Position numbers and translations under genes: made by a program. A stretch of DNA of 64,000 nt from Octopus vulgaris. Taxonomy: Eukaryota. Positions 43,631 to 58,186 of the stretch are shown here, one piece after another (position 1 is the first letter of the stretch; the number at the start of each line of letters is the position of its first letter). The stretch covers positions 28,396,001 to 28,460,000 of the forward strand of contig OX597830.1 of NCBI GenBank assembly GCA_951406725.2. The letters run 5' to 3'. The notes under the pieces are model-generated. The model made no database searches. It was given only the letters and a program-made list of their open reading frames with translations, and had not been told where the DNA came from.

Positions 43631-44039
43631 AAGGCGGCGAGCTGGCAGAAACGTTAGCACGCCGGGCGAAATGCTTAGCAGTATTTCATCACCCGCTGCG
43701 TTCTGAGTACAAATTCCGCCGAGGTCGGCTTTGCCTTTCATCCTTTCGGGGTCGATAAATTAAGTACCAGTAATGCACTGGGGTCGATGTAATCGAGTAA
43801 TCGACTTAATTCGTTTGTTTGTCCTTGTTTCTCCCCTCTGTGTTTAGCCTCTTGTGGGTAGTAAAGAAATAGGTATTTCGTCTGCCGCTACGTTCTCAGT
43901 TCAAATTCCGCCGAGGTCGACTTTGCCTTTCATCCTTTGAGGGTCGATAGATTAAATAGCAGTTGCATACCGGGGTCGATGTAATCGACTGACCTTCCAT
44001 TCCCTCAAAATTTTGGGCCTTGGGCCCAGAGTAGAAAAG
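43631..44039 (+). mobile_element. tRNA-derived SINE with duplicated central domain and 16-bp TSD
   Basis: Head ggcggcgagctggcagaaacgttagc. The block caaattccgccgaggtcg..tttgcctttcatcctt..gggtcgata occurs twice. TSD aatatttt(c/a)atcgcaa at 43615-43630 and 44040-44055. Confidence 0.92.
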
Positions 44040-46473
44040 AATATTTTAATCGCAAGTACAAACAAAATTCCAACCAGCCACCAATCATAATTAAATAAGA
44101 AAATACTTGCTGCAGAAACGAGTAGAGACGTCGCTAATGTTTCATCATACGGTGAAACATTAGGGCGAGTCGATTTGATTAACTACAGGTTTTTATTTTA
44201 TTTTATTTTATCGACCTCAACTTTAAAATTGGCTCAGTCGAAAATGGCGGTATTTAAACTCAGGTTGTGAAACGCTATTACAAATAACATGTGGCGGCTC
44301 TTACTCGCCACTCCAGCTGCTCATCCTATCTTCCAAATAAGAATAAACATTTCTAACATAGGCACAGTTAAGAAGCGGACAAAGAAGAAACCCTCTTCGT
44401 CTTTTTTTTTTAATGTTACGTTATTGTATCGATTCCAGACGGAAGACAAGTAAATTTGATGTCGTCTGTATTGTAGTTCAATCGGATCGTAAATACGAAC
44501 CAGTATTACCAGTGTTTATAAATACGAAAACTGAACCAGTTATAAGGGATTCGGCCATTACAAATTTGGCCATTCTGTCATTCCACTCCTCCTTTAATAT
44601 CAATTGTGAGAACAGAAAATGATTATTTACAATAGGAGCGAAGACTGTATTTCATATCTAAATTGAAAGGCGGAAACATCAGCTTTAGAGTTGGGATTAC
44701 AGTTAATGTTACTGACTTCTGTACGATAATGAAGACAGATTGGAGAACAAAGATGTAGACAAGGAAAACAATGTTGAAGACCACAGCCAAAACGATACAG
44801 TATGACCCTAGAAGACTTCTTCGATGGCTTCTGTGTGCGTGGTGTGCGTGTGAGAGAAAGGAAGAGGGAAAGAGAGAGAGAGAGAGTGAGAGGGAGAGAG
44901 GAGTTCGTATCAGTGATTAGGGTAAGGTGTTCTCCATTTTCAATCTAATCGTTGATAAAGGAGTTGAGTTTGAAGAAAAATGTAATAATCAGTAAGAAAA
45001 TTAAATAGTTTAGTGTCAGATTTGATTGATGACTTATGAAAAACATATATCTATGTTGTGTTGTGTATGTGTATGTGTATGTATATGAGTGTATGTGTGT
45101 GTTTATGCATATATGTATATATATTTATTTATATATACGCACACATATAGGCATATACACGCATATATACATATATATACGTATAAAAACGCGCGTGCAC
45201 ACACATATACATATATGCATACATACATATATATATATATGTATATGTATATTTTCATATGTATATGCATATTTATAGATGAAAATATATATATATACGC
45301 ATATAGAAATACGTTTTTTGTATTCGAAACAGTCCTATTATTGGTGGGTAGTGTTTGTGTTCATTGGCTGTGAAAGAAGCCCTCCCTGAAATAAGGGATA
45401 TTTATTTCTGTGGTAGATTTGTTTTGAAAATTATTGTTTGTTACTTATTCATTATTTTTTCATGTTTTCTACACATTTGTCAATTAGGGTGAATCTAGCG
45501 TTAGCTACATGAGGGGCTCACAGTTATGAAACTACAGGAATACGTAAGTTGATAAACGTTTATTAAAAGAAAATACAGAATCTGTGATCTTCTCTAGCAA
45601 ACTTTCGTCACTAAAGCTTTCGCATGAAGTCAATTTAATTGAGTTATGAAAACGGAATACTTCGAACATTTTCTCCTTTTCTGTGATAATGAATACACAT
45701 ATATTGCAAATTAAATGATGACGAAATGAGAGATGTAATGAAATGATGTTTTTGTGATGACAAGAAACGTTTGTGAGATATAGCAGGAATTACATACGAA
45801 ATAGTATGATCAATGTGGGAAATGTTATAATTAGTATGGAAAACTAAGGATGATTTAGGAAGTAAAATCATGACAGAGAGAAGGTCGAAATTTGTTGCAG
45901 TTCAGTTGAAAATATGAATGGTGAGGTTTAAATTCAGGAGAGCCACAAGGTTGGGCATAGATGAGTTGAACAATACAATACTATTCTCCAAATAGAGACG
46001 CACACTGCGACCAAGGAGGAGAGTTAAGAAGGGAAAAAGTTAAATAAAAATTTAAACCTTATGTCTTAGAATTTAAAAGAATTAAGAGACTGTAAGGTGA
46101 ATAAGGAAACGAGCGTGTGTAAGGACAGGCTGGAACTGTATATACAGAAGTACTTGGAAATGAGAAATTTATATTAGCCTTTAATAAAGTGAAAATGTGG
46201 AACGCTGAAATAATAAATACGAGTTTCTCGCTAAATACAAAAACACATATACACAAATATTTGTGTGGAGGCAGAGAGAGGGAATGAGAGAGAGAGAGAG
46301 AAAGAGAGAAGGGGAGAGAAAGAGAGAAGGGGAGAGAAAGAGAGGGAGAGATTAATATATAGCTAAAGCTGTGTCATTTGTTATCCACAAGGGAGGAAAA
46401 TTTTCTTCAAATTATTGATAAAACTAATAGCTTGCAATTCACTAGATATGTCTCTCAACGACACTAAATATTA

Positions 46474-47041
46474 ATTTCTCCTCTAGGCATGAGGCCCGAA
46501 ATTTTTGGAGATGGGGCCTGTCAATTAGATCGATTCCAGCACGCAACTGGTACTAATTTATTGATCACGAAAGGATGGAAAGCAAAGTCGACCTCGGCGG
46601 AATTTGAAGCATAAAGACAGACGAAATACATATTTCTTTACTGCCCACAAGGGGCTACACACAGAGTGCACAAACAAGGAGAGATAAACGGATTAAATCG
46701 ATTATATCGACCCCAGTGCGTAACTGGTACTTATTTAATCGAATCCGAAAGTATGAAAGGCTGTGTTATTGTTATTTGTTATTCGGAGGAATTTGAACAC
46801 AGAAGGTAGCGGCAGACGATAAACCTATTTCTTTACTACCCGAAAGGATGAAAGGCAAAGTCAACCTCGGCGGAATTTGAACTCAGAACGTAGCGGCAGA
46901 CGAAATACCGCTACGCATTTCGCCCGGCGTGCTAACGTTTCTGCCAGCTCGCCGCCTTAGGTTTCTGCCACCTCGCGGCAGACGAAATACCGCTACGCAT
47001 TTCGCCCGGCGTGCTAACGTTTCTGCCAGCTCGCCGCCTTG
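46474..47041 (-). mobile_element. Multimeric SINE of the 43631 family with 16-bp TSD
   Basis: The head is duplicated exactly (46893-46958 and 46975-47040) and there are several body repeats. TSD acg(a/c)cactaaatatta at 46458-46473 and 47042-47057. Confidence 0.9.
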
Positions 47042-47475
47042 ACGCCACTAAATATTACAGACCAACTTTAAACGCAAAACTAGTATTCTTTATTTTTTGC
47101 ATCATGGTTGCTTCTCTTTTTGTTTGCTTCGGAGAATACCTGCATTCAGTAATTCATTCTCTGTAGGTTGGTGCTGCATTCTATTTTAGAAAGAAATGGA
47201 GAGATCTTAGGGGCGTTATAGACAACAACAAGTGCTTTCTATGTGTAGATCTTTGGCAATAGATTGCATTCCGTGGTGCTTCAGATTTTGCGGAGAAGTC
47301 CTTCTTCTTGGCTCTGGACTGCTACGTTTGCGTCTGCATATGGTTGTCCATCGAAGATATTGCTTTATAGTGTTGAAAACATGTGTTAGTGGGGAATAAA
47401 TGCCTGTGTTTGTTTTTATCGTTACGCGTTACGTACAATTACATTGCAAAATTTCAAAATGGTTCTACAATCAAA

Positions 47476-47548
47476 ATGGCGGTGCCCCAGCATGGCCACA
47501 GCTCGTGAGCTGAAACTAGATAAAATAAAAAAATAAAAATAAGATAAA
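47476..47548 (+). mobile_element. Isolated LINE/SINE 3' tail (two stem-loops plus A-rich end)
   Basis: atggcggtgccccagcatggccacagctcgtgagctgaaactagataaaataaaa is homologous to the LINE tails at ~10660 and ~60716. Confidence 0.85.
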
Positions 47549-48122
47549 TCATCAAGAAAGAACGTGACGCGCCCCAACTTCAGCTGTTGCTGACTGTATT
47601 GTACATATCATTAACATGGTTCTGCTGTCGACTAACGAATTTATAAGCAATAGTCAAACTGTCCATGGCTCCTTTTACAAAACAATCCACAAAAAAACTT
47701 GGCTAATTTGATATCATAAAGGAACCAGTATGAAAACTGAGAATTGTGAGTTTTACTGCAAAGGGATCATTTATATGTATTCTTGTGTTGTAATATGTTG
47801 TATTTTCAAAAATAAATATAAACAGAATGAAATTGAATTCATGAATATTTATTATTTTTTATTTTTGCATTTTCCCTGCAATAACAGTTGGCGGAGTGGG
47901 CACATTTAACGTAATAACAAATGCATCGTAACTGGTGTTTCAAATATACTTTCGTTTGGTAGAGGGACATCAAGTTTTTCTGATATTCGTGCAAATTATT
48001 TCCTCGCTAGTAAGAAAAAAAGGAAAAAAAAAACATATGGGGATTGTGGATATTTAATAATCTCACTTTTGTACATTCACACACACACACATATAAAGAT
48101 ATAAATGTATATATATATATAT

Positions 48123-48191
<69 letters not shown>

Positions 48192-48786
48192 TATATGTAT
48201 ATGTATATATGTATGTATATATAATAATAATTATTATTAATTGAGGCAATTTTATATATATATATATATGTATAGAGAGAAAGAGAGATGTAGTGAGAGA
48301 AAGAGAGATGTAGTGAGAGAAAGAGAGAGTGTGAGAGAGAGATAATAGAGGAAGAGAGGGAGAGATGGAGAGAGAAAGAGCGATGGGAGAAGAGTGAGAG
48401 AGCCTGTCTGACACATGGAGAAGCAAATTGATTGATCTATCGCTTTACAGATATATCTCCGAATAATATTTTCTTTCCAGTATTTCAAATAATTTATATG
48501 GAAATATATCAATGTTGCATCATTTACAGTATGGATGTCAATGGTCTGCTACTGTTATTGTTACAATTTTTATTATTTTAAAAAATAATGTTATCCGTTA
48601 ATGGGGCTGGACCATCAAGAAAAACTACTTAGACGGGATTGTCCTGACAATTTTTGTGTATCTTGATATATATTATACTGACTGTACGGTGGTGTTTCTC
48701 TTGGTTTTAGTTGTTTTGTGAAGTAAGTCAGCGATCTCATAAATGATCCCTCGTTTTCAAGCCTGTTTGGCGTACAGCGTTTAGAC

Positions 48787-49102
48787 CAGTGCTACGTAAA
48801 GTGGTGGTCCTCGGACCGATGCCGGTTTGCAAGCCATCAGTCGCCAGTACGCAGCGAGCTTCCAGAAAAGAAAGAAACATTATAAAATGCTTATCATATG
48901 CTTATAAAATGCTTATGTAATATTGTATTTTATGTTTACAAAATAAAATATACGAAAGAAAAGTTGTCAACTTTTGTTAAATTCATTACCTATATATATT
49001 GTTTACGGTATAAATTAATATTACTAACAAATATTACCGGTCCCGGGCACATTGGAAAAAAAAACTGCCGGTACGCCACATCAGATAGTTTGAGAAGCAC
49101 TG
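48787..49102. mobile_element. hAT (Charlie-like) MITE
   Basis: TIRs cagtgctacgtaaagt / agtttgagaagcactg. The decayed 8-bp TSD gtttagac / ctcttgac resembles the NTCTAGAN target. Confidence 0.8.
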
Positions 49103-50138
49103 CTCTTGACGACTAAGCGTTTGCCCCTCATTTGTACGATAATGCTATAATGCACCATTAAACACACCATCAGTACACAGCGAAACAATATAAGATTCAG
49201 AGTGTCAAAGGGGAACTTCTCCCTTGTCAATTACCCTCAGAGACATTACCAATGAAATATTGACATTGTATCGCGCAGTCTTCAAAATGGACACTGGTTT
49301 TGGGCAAAAGAAAATACAGATGCATTAATTAATTATGATTTTAATTATACACTTATGGCAGCTGTCTTTCAGTTTTTCTAAGCTCTGTAAAAGAACTCGG
49401 AATGTTGGGTCTCCTACGGGGCTTTTCGCGATACCCTTACAGCCAGGAAATTTTCAGCCCTCCCTCGTGTAGGATAGAAATATGAATGGTTCGTGCTCCG
49501 TTGTTGGATAAAGTGGTTTCAATTCTCCACTCATTCTGTTAACCTGCTATTGACTTAGTACACATGTGACCTTAACACGGTTCTCAGAATCGGAGTGACG
49601 GAATTTTTGAAAATGCTGTGCTTTCTAATTACAATCAAACGCCCATCCGATTGACTTCAATACAATTTCCGACATCCTATTGTCGTTAACAATCTATGGA
49701 TCACCTCAAGGTTGTCGGATGTGGATGAGTATGACGGGTATGGGTGGTAATATTGCTGTTGTGGGTGGTATTGGGGCATCTAATTCCCGTTCGCACGCAC
49801 GTTAGCTTCAGTTGCATGATGTTATAGTGGCTATAATTATTTACTCTTCCAGAAGTTGTTGTGTTGGTGGTAGTCAAATCCTTTTTTCAGTTCACTAAGA
49901 AAAACTTGATGTCGGCAGAAACACTTGATGCCACTAGCTTTTTGGTAATTGTTGCATCAGTGTCACTTAATCTATACTATCAACAGCAGATGATGTTCTA
50001 CATTGATTTCTTTTAAGTTTAGAATTTTGTTTAATGTCTCAGACTTTAACAGAAAAAAAAATTTCCAACCGCATTTCCACCATAGTTTTCTACACAGCAT
50101 CTTTAAAGTTTTGCTGGTTTCTTTTATTAGTAGTAATG

Positions 50139-50210
<72 letters not shown>

Positions 50211-51269
50211 AGGATAACGAGAAGAAGGAAATGAAAGAAACATTTTTGTTAGTGTTGTTTTTCACAACCTCACATTTCGCCACCTATGCATGAAATTTTC
50301 ACTCTCTTCATTCCCTGTCTCAGGCATATTGATAGCAGGTATATTATGAGCTACTGAAATATTCTGAGCAATGATTTCTGAATGGAAATTAACTCGAATG
50401 TATCCGAATCTATATACATGTCCTGCAAAATTCATATATCACATGTTCGTTAAATATAGTCCAGCAGCTTGGTTTGAATGTCAACACTCCATAAAGAATT
50501 ATTTCCATTTCAAATTGTTGTAAAAATGGTTGTGTTGTATTGTGAAAATCTTTCTTACTTGGTGTATGTCTATATGTTTTTCCGCCGTTTTAAATGATCC
50601 TTCTAATAATATAGATAGATGAAATCGTAAACGTTTGTGATCTAGACGAAATAATTTTTTTAATGGTAATTCTACTGCTGCTGCTGCTGGTTCTACAGTT
50701 ATTATCACCGTTGTTGTTAGTAACATTTGTTTTTCTTTTAGGGTAATGGAAAGGGTGATGTTAATGCATGATCTTATGCTGATGGTGATTTTACGGGGCT
50801 CATTTATTGATACGGCGTTCTTTTTGCTACCACTGCTGTTGTATTTATGATTGTTATTGATGAGACTGATATAGGTGATAGTATTACTGCTCCGTGCAAC
50901 TATATGGTAGAGGATAACTGCAAAAGATGGTTTCAATTTAAAAACCTCATCGACATTTCCTCTCTTGGTGGTTTGGCGGCAAAGAGTACGGCATTTTGAT
51001 TTTATTTCCTATGCTTGAAAAATGTTCTCACTTTTAAAATTTGCCCTGCAGGGCGAGAAACAAATAAGCCAGATCATTCCCTTAGCGTTCTCGACAATTA
51101 AGAAATGAAGCAGAACAATAAGATTTAAAAAGCAGACTTCTACAAAGGTGAAAAACCAACAGACACGGTGCTTGCAGAAATGTCCAGTTTTAGTGATAAT
51201 CGAAAGCATCCGCTTTAATACTGCTGCTGCTAAAGGTGATGCTAATGATGACAATCCTTTTTGATATAG

Positions 51270-51449
51270 GTGCAAGGACTGAAATTTTCGGGGAGTGGGC
51301 TACTCGATTACATCGACCCTTGTGCTTGACTGGTACTTAATTTATCGGCCCCCGAAAGGATGAAAAGCAGAATTTGAACTTCGAATGTAGCAGCGGTCGA
51401 AATACCGCTAAGCATTTCGTCCAGAGTGCTAACGATTCTGCCATCTCGC
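51270..51449 (-). mobile_element. tRNA-derived SINE (43631 family)
   Basis: Reverse complement of the head and body (cgaaataccgctaagcatttcg...gctaacgattctgcca). Confidence 0.85.
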
Positions 51450-51457
51450 TACCTCTT

Positions 51458-52030
<573 letters not shown>

Positions 52031-52389
52031 TAATAGTCCTATATTCTACAAGAATCCTGAGAGAAATTCATGAGATTTGAGGAGATTTGTCACTAGACAT
52101 CAACATATAATACCTGCTAACTAAATTAGCATTCACCAGCGAATAACAACGGTGGTGATGATGACGACTGCAATGCTGAAGTGGAGGTGGATGACAATGA
52201 AGAATATAATGGCGATGTGAGATGATTATGATGAGGATGAAGGCGATCGTTGATGATATGCGAAATATATAAGTAATAAATTATAAAGAGGCTTATGAAT
52301 TGATTTTTAATGAATGCCCTTCGCATGTCCATGTATGTATGTATATATCTGCACAAATGCACACACACTTATATATGTATATGTATATA

Positions 52390-52439
<50 letters not shown>

Positions 52440-52502
52440 TATACACAATCATACATATATACATATTTATATATATATACACATATATATATATATATAT
52501 AT

Positions 52503-52538
<36 letters not shown>

Positions 52539-53327
52539 GCATATATGTATGTGCGTGTGTGTGTGTACCCAACTGCATCTATGTATGTAAGCGTTTGTAA
52601 ATCCCTATACCTATATGCTCTTAGAAGAAAGAAAAAATTAGTCGTTCGCAGTTTAGATGAGGGTCGCAGCAAAGAGCTTCTAAGAAATGGAATCCACTGG
52701 GTCTGTTCTATTGATACGTATCTTAGGTATTTTATTAAGCATCTTTCATTTTTGCTCGTCATATTTTACTCTTGCTTTTGTCGGCCTAATATTTGATATT
52801 GTTATTCTTTCTGCTATTTATATCCTCATCATTTTCACCCTTCATCCATACCACCGTCATTGAATATTTTTTGGAACATGCTCTTATCGTCATAGTATCA
52901 TTTGTATTTTGTTGGTGTTCTTGACATTGGAGTCATTCTCCTCGTCAGTATCGTGGCCATGTTTGTTGTCTTCCTCATCATCGCCGACGCCATTCTTAAT
53001 TGTTTTTGTTCATGCTACTTCTTCACCAACTCCGTTTACGATGCAGATGTTGTTGTTGCTGTGGTTGTTGTTATTGTTGCGGTTTATATCAATGTTCTCT
53101 TCGTTGTTGTTGCTGTTCAATTCTATGCGTATATATGCTGTAAAAAAAACACCAAAAATTTATAACAAAAAATAAGCTGGCCATATTTTTACTAAATTTC
53201 CAGAGATTACTTTTAGACAAATCATTAAATATAACAATAACAAAAAATAAAAATCAGCGAAAAACAACACCAACAAAAATGTTTCTAATAATTATTTCTC
53301 TTTCATTTCCTTCTTTTCGTTATTCTT

Positions 53328-53805
<478 letters not shown>

Positions 53806-54323
53806 TATTTTATTTTCCCTCCCTTTAGTCAAACGTTCACCATATTTTGCTAAGAATAATCTATAAATTTTCTATACACCGAATGAATAAATAAATAAAA
53901 AACTTTAAAAAAAAGACAAACAAATAAATAAATACATAAAATCCCATACAAATACAAATATTCCATACAAATATTTCATGGCTATTTGTTTCTTTCGGGA
54001 TTTTAACCGTATTTCTTTTCATTTCCTTTAATTTCTTTCCTTCATCACATTCTTAATATCTTTCTCTATTCCGCCGTTTCTGTTTTTGTTGTATTGTCAC
54101 TCCTACACAAGTTTTCTTCCATTTTCTCGAAAAATATTAGTAAGTTTAGCTAAAAAATTTTCTGTGTGAAAACTGCAATAATTACAAATCTACAGTTATT
54201 TTTATATCTGTAAATTTGATCAATTTTATCCTAAGTTCAATTTTATACCAGGCAAATCGTTACTTAATTATTATTATTATTACAATTATTATTATTATTA
54301 TTATTATTATTGTTATTATTATT

Positions 54324-55344
54324 CAGTAGTTTTATTTTTATAGCGTGCTTTCACTTCACTACCGAGCGCAGCTCTGTGTGCCTTGGGTATGTGCTGTGAT
54401 TTGTTGTGATGCTCTGATGGCTATTGTATGGAAAGTGTTCTGCGTAGGATGTGTGCAGTGCCTAGTAGTGCAATTTTCTGTATGTTATATGTGTTTGTAA
54501 GTCCTGGTGTTTTTGTTATGTATTTGTCTGAATATTTTTTTATCATGCCTAATGCACCTACTATGATAGGAATTGTTTCTGTTTTCAGGTTCCACATTCT
54601 AGTTACCTCTATTTCCAGGTCTTTGTATTTTGAGAGTTTCTCCATTTCTTTTAGAGACACGTTGTCATCTGCCGGTATTGATACATCAATTAGAAAGCAT
54701 TTTTTTTCTTCATGATCTCTGACAACTATATCTGGTCTGTTGGCCTTAATTTCTCTATCTGTGTGTATCGGCATATACCAGAGTATGGTTGCTTTCTCGT
54801 TTTCTGTGACCTTTTCTGGTGTGTGCCTATACCATCTTTTTTCTATTGTTATTCCATAATGTTGGCATAGCTTCCAATGTATGTAGGTTCCAACTCTGTC
54901 ATGTCTGTGAATATATTCCTTCTTAGCTAGGACTGGGCAGCTAGAGATAATATGATTTATTGTTTCTTGTCCATCACCACATATTCTGCAGTTACTTGTA
55001 ATATTTCTTTTCATTACATGTTTTTGGTAATTTCTGGTAGGGAGGTTTTGGTCTTGTGCTGCAATTAAAAAACCCTCTGTTTCTGCTTTGAGTCCTGAGC
55101 TTCTCAACCATTGCTGGGATTTTTCTTTGTCTATTTCTTTTGCGTTTAGTTTAGTGCAGTATTTACCATGAAGGGGCTTTTCTTGTCATCGTTTTATCAT
55201 GGCTCGTTGCTGTTCTATTTTTAGTTTGGATTTCATTTGTTTTATAGCTTTTGTTGTTTCTTCATCATCTTCTTCTTCTTTGTGTTTATTAGGTGGTATG
55301 ATTTCTTGTTTGTATTTGTCAGCTTCCTTAAATACTGAGAACAG

Positions 55345-55346
<2 letters not shown>
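54324..55346 (-). mobile_element. 5'-truncated R4/Dong-clade non-LTR retrotransposon inserted in (TAA)n
   Basis: Contains the RLE-type C-terminal ORF and a ~95-bp 3'UTR. Both junctions are in TTA/TAA repeats, the known Dong target. Confidence 0.93.
54421..55345 (-). pseudogene. Dong/R4 ORF C-terminus: CCHC zinc knuckle plus restriction-like endonuclease
   Basis: AAQDQ..TRNY, CRIC..ETINHIISSC, YIHRHD, NRPDIVV..LIDVS..EKLSKY and PIIVGALG. There is one in-frame TGA at 55188-55186 (KR*QEKPLHGKY). The RT domain is absent. Confidence 0.92.
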
Positions 55347-55419
<73 letters not shown>

Positions 55420-55958
55420 GAGTGAGAGAGCAGGGCATGCCATCAAAGTGACACTGGGGTAAAATATACGAAGCCCAATATACCCATTATGACTACCCGT
55501 CTGATAAAGGTACACCAGGCACATGCATCACAACCATATGTGCGCGACATGGTGATCTCAAATCAAGATAAACAGCACATGACCTTGCAGGTGGGGCCCA
55601 GTTAGAATTTTCTTCAGGTTGAGTAGCCCATCCCGCTCAAAAGGTCACTGAATAAGGGTTGTTTAAGGATGTTGAAAGAACCACCCATGTCTCCAGAGGT
55701 GAATTATTCAAACCCCAAAGAAAATCCCTCTCAACACATGGCTATGATGCTCCCCCACTACTTCTGCTCGTGATCAGAGATGCACATATCGTCAGCCACT
55801 AAGGGACATGCTCAACTGGTTAAGGTCAAACAACTGACAAGCAAATCTGTGGTATTAAGCAGAATATTTGCTGTAGCCCATCTTTTATACGAAGACAAAA
55901 CAATGTACATGATAACACTTCCAATCAGTTAAGATCAGAAGCCATGAGAGCCACTGCC
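55420..55958. mobile_element. ~540-bp non-coding insert bounded on both sides by (TTA)n
   Basis: Sharp transitions from pure TTA arrays into complex, more GC-balanced sequence. No credible ORF. Confidence 0.6.
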
Positions 55959-55980
55959 ATTATTATTATTATTATTATTT

Positions 55981-56052
<72 letters not shown>

Positions 56053-56210
56053 GAAAAAATAATTTGCAGTAATTACAAAAGTGAGAAATACGGATTATAC
56101 TTTTCGTTAAAACGTTAGAAATAAGTTACATGAGATGCGCTGATGTTTATTCTGTTACTACGCATAATAGTTCTGTTGCTCTAAGTTTTAATGCTTTGTA
56201 ATATTTTATT

Positions 56211-56512
56211 TGTGGAGGCACATGGCCTAGTGGTTAGAGCAGCGGACTCGTGCTCGAGGGATCGCTGGTTCGAATCTCAGACCGGCCGATGTGTCTTTTG
56301 AGCGAAACGCCTAAGCTCCACGCGGCTCCGGCAAAAGGTAATGGCGAACTTCTGCTGAATCATTCGCCACAACTGTCTCTCACTCTTTCCACCTGCATCT
56401 TGCACCTCACCTGCGACGGACCGGCGTCCCGTCGAGGTGGATTACCTATAGGCCAAGGAAACCGGCGCTTATGAGAGAGGCGTTGCTCGAGAAAGAACAC
56501 ACAACAAACAAT
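56211..56512 (+). mobile_element. tRNA-derived SINE related to the 28665 head, with a different tail
   Basis: ggaggcacatggcctagtggttagagcagcggactc...ggttcgaatctcagaccgg, ending in an (ACA)-rich tail. Confidence 0.88.
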
Positions 56513-56540
56513 CATTTATGTGTGCGTGCGTGCGTGCGTG

Positions 56541-56609
<69 letters not shown>

Positions 56610-57699
56610 AGCAAACCACTATGCGGTTTCTATACAAAACTTAACACAGCAAATATCCCGTTTATATTCCCACAAATATGAAAGAATTACTTCCAAGAAA
56701 GTGAGAGGACACTCCATAAAATTGGCCATGGAAAGAAATTGGAACAGAGTTTGCTAGTAGAGTCCCAGAAGGTAATATCATGGCTAACTTAAAGAGAAAT
56801 TCGCCAGGGTCAGCCTTTCAGGTGTAGATACGTTTTCCTCTCCTATCGTTTCTTTAGTCGTACAAGATCTCATGAGTTGTCTGTCTTCTTAATTACCTTG
56901 GCAAAACCTATGACATTGGAATATGCCTGCCGATGGCATAAGCTTGAGCTAGCGATATATTAGTAGATAGCTTAAATGCAGATCCTGCCAGGATAACAAC
57001 ATTGAAATTTAATGTAAAATAATAATATTTTGTATTAGAAAACTCAATCGAACCATATGTTGTTCACATTGTAGTTTGCATTAACAAATCTGTTTTGATA
57101 GGGAGCCCCACAAAATACTGTAGTTAGTTGAGAAAAATATATCTCAATACTGTACATTATGAGAGAGTATGGCATAGTGATCAGGGAGTTCTAACCAGGA
57201 TCGCGAGATCGTGGTTTCAACCACCGGACCAGGTACTGTGTTCGAAAGTAAAATCATATTTTTGCGATCATTTCGACATAAAATATAAAGCGCGTGGTAC
57301 ACCGTGCGTCTATCCAGGCAATATCGAATTAAAGTATCTCTCTTTTTCGAAGAAAAGTATATCTCTTTTACTCTTTCACACTTTTACTCTCCTTTCAATG
57401 ATCTCTGTCTCCCTCCCTCTCTTTCTCTCTTTCTCTCTCTCCTTCTCTTTTTCTCTTCCTCTCTCATTTACTTCAACTTTGCAATTAGATCTTTCTGTAC
57501 ACTTGACGCTCTCGCTCTCGATAATCCTGTCGTAATTTTCTCTACGTTCCCATTTTCGTGTAGTCGAACAAGTCGAACAAGAGCACTCAAAGATCGTAAA
57601 CCTTCATCAAGGTAACACCAACATCCTCTCAACGATTAGCCAGAGATGATTTTTAAAATATCTGAAATAAACTCGATTGCTCTCACGAAAGAGAATACT

Positions 57700-57936
57700 A
57701 AAAATGAACCGGACCGCTCCCAAAAATTAAGTGAAAAACGGGAAAAATAATCCAGAACCCTTGTCCGGTACCTTATCGACCCAAAGTCTAATCAGTTCGT
57801 GCCAGTCACGAGGCCAAATATCCCTGAAATTTTCACCCGAATCCATCGAGCGGTCCTTGAGTTATCTTGCCCTCGGACAAACGACCAAACAAACACGACT
57901 GAAATAATACCTCCACCTTCGCTAAGGCGGAGGTAA
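57700..57936 (+). mobile_element. Probable non-autonomous Helentron/HINE-like 3' end
   Basis: Terminal GC hairpin acctccacctt-cgct-aaggcggaggt (57909-57934), preceded by a caaa-rich tract and followed by aatt. Confidence 0.55.
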
Positions 57937-58049
57937 TTAGAATGTTTTGTGGACAAAATGCGCAGCCTTGCGCCCGTAAGTGAAATCACTAATACCGGGC
58001 ATAACATGTATTTTAGTATTTTGTTATATCCCTTTACCTGCAAACATAT

Positions 58050-58186
58050 TGGATTCAAATTTTAGCACTAGGGCAGAAAATTCCGGGGACAGGGTAAGTG
58101 CATTACATCGACCACAGTGCTCAGCTGGTACTAGTTTTATCGACACCGAATGGGCAAAAGGTAAAGTCGAACTCGGCAGTATTTGA
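58050..58186 (-). mobile_element. SINE body fragment (43631 family)
   Basis: ttacatcgacc..agtgctcagctggtact...ggtaaagtcgaactcggc. Confidence 0.7.

Noticed and set aside
43631-47041. Recurrent similar blocks suggestive of a CRISPR-like repeat-spacer array
   Set aside because: They are internal SINE duplications with no constant repeat/unique spacer periodicity, in a eukaryotic context with no cas genes.
48275-48325. 20-bp tandem (gagagaaagagagatgtagt) and similar small duplications near 29205 and 46300
   Set aside because: Ordinary slippage in low-complexity sequence.
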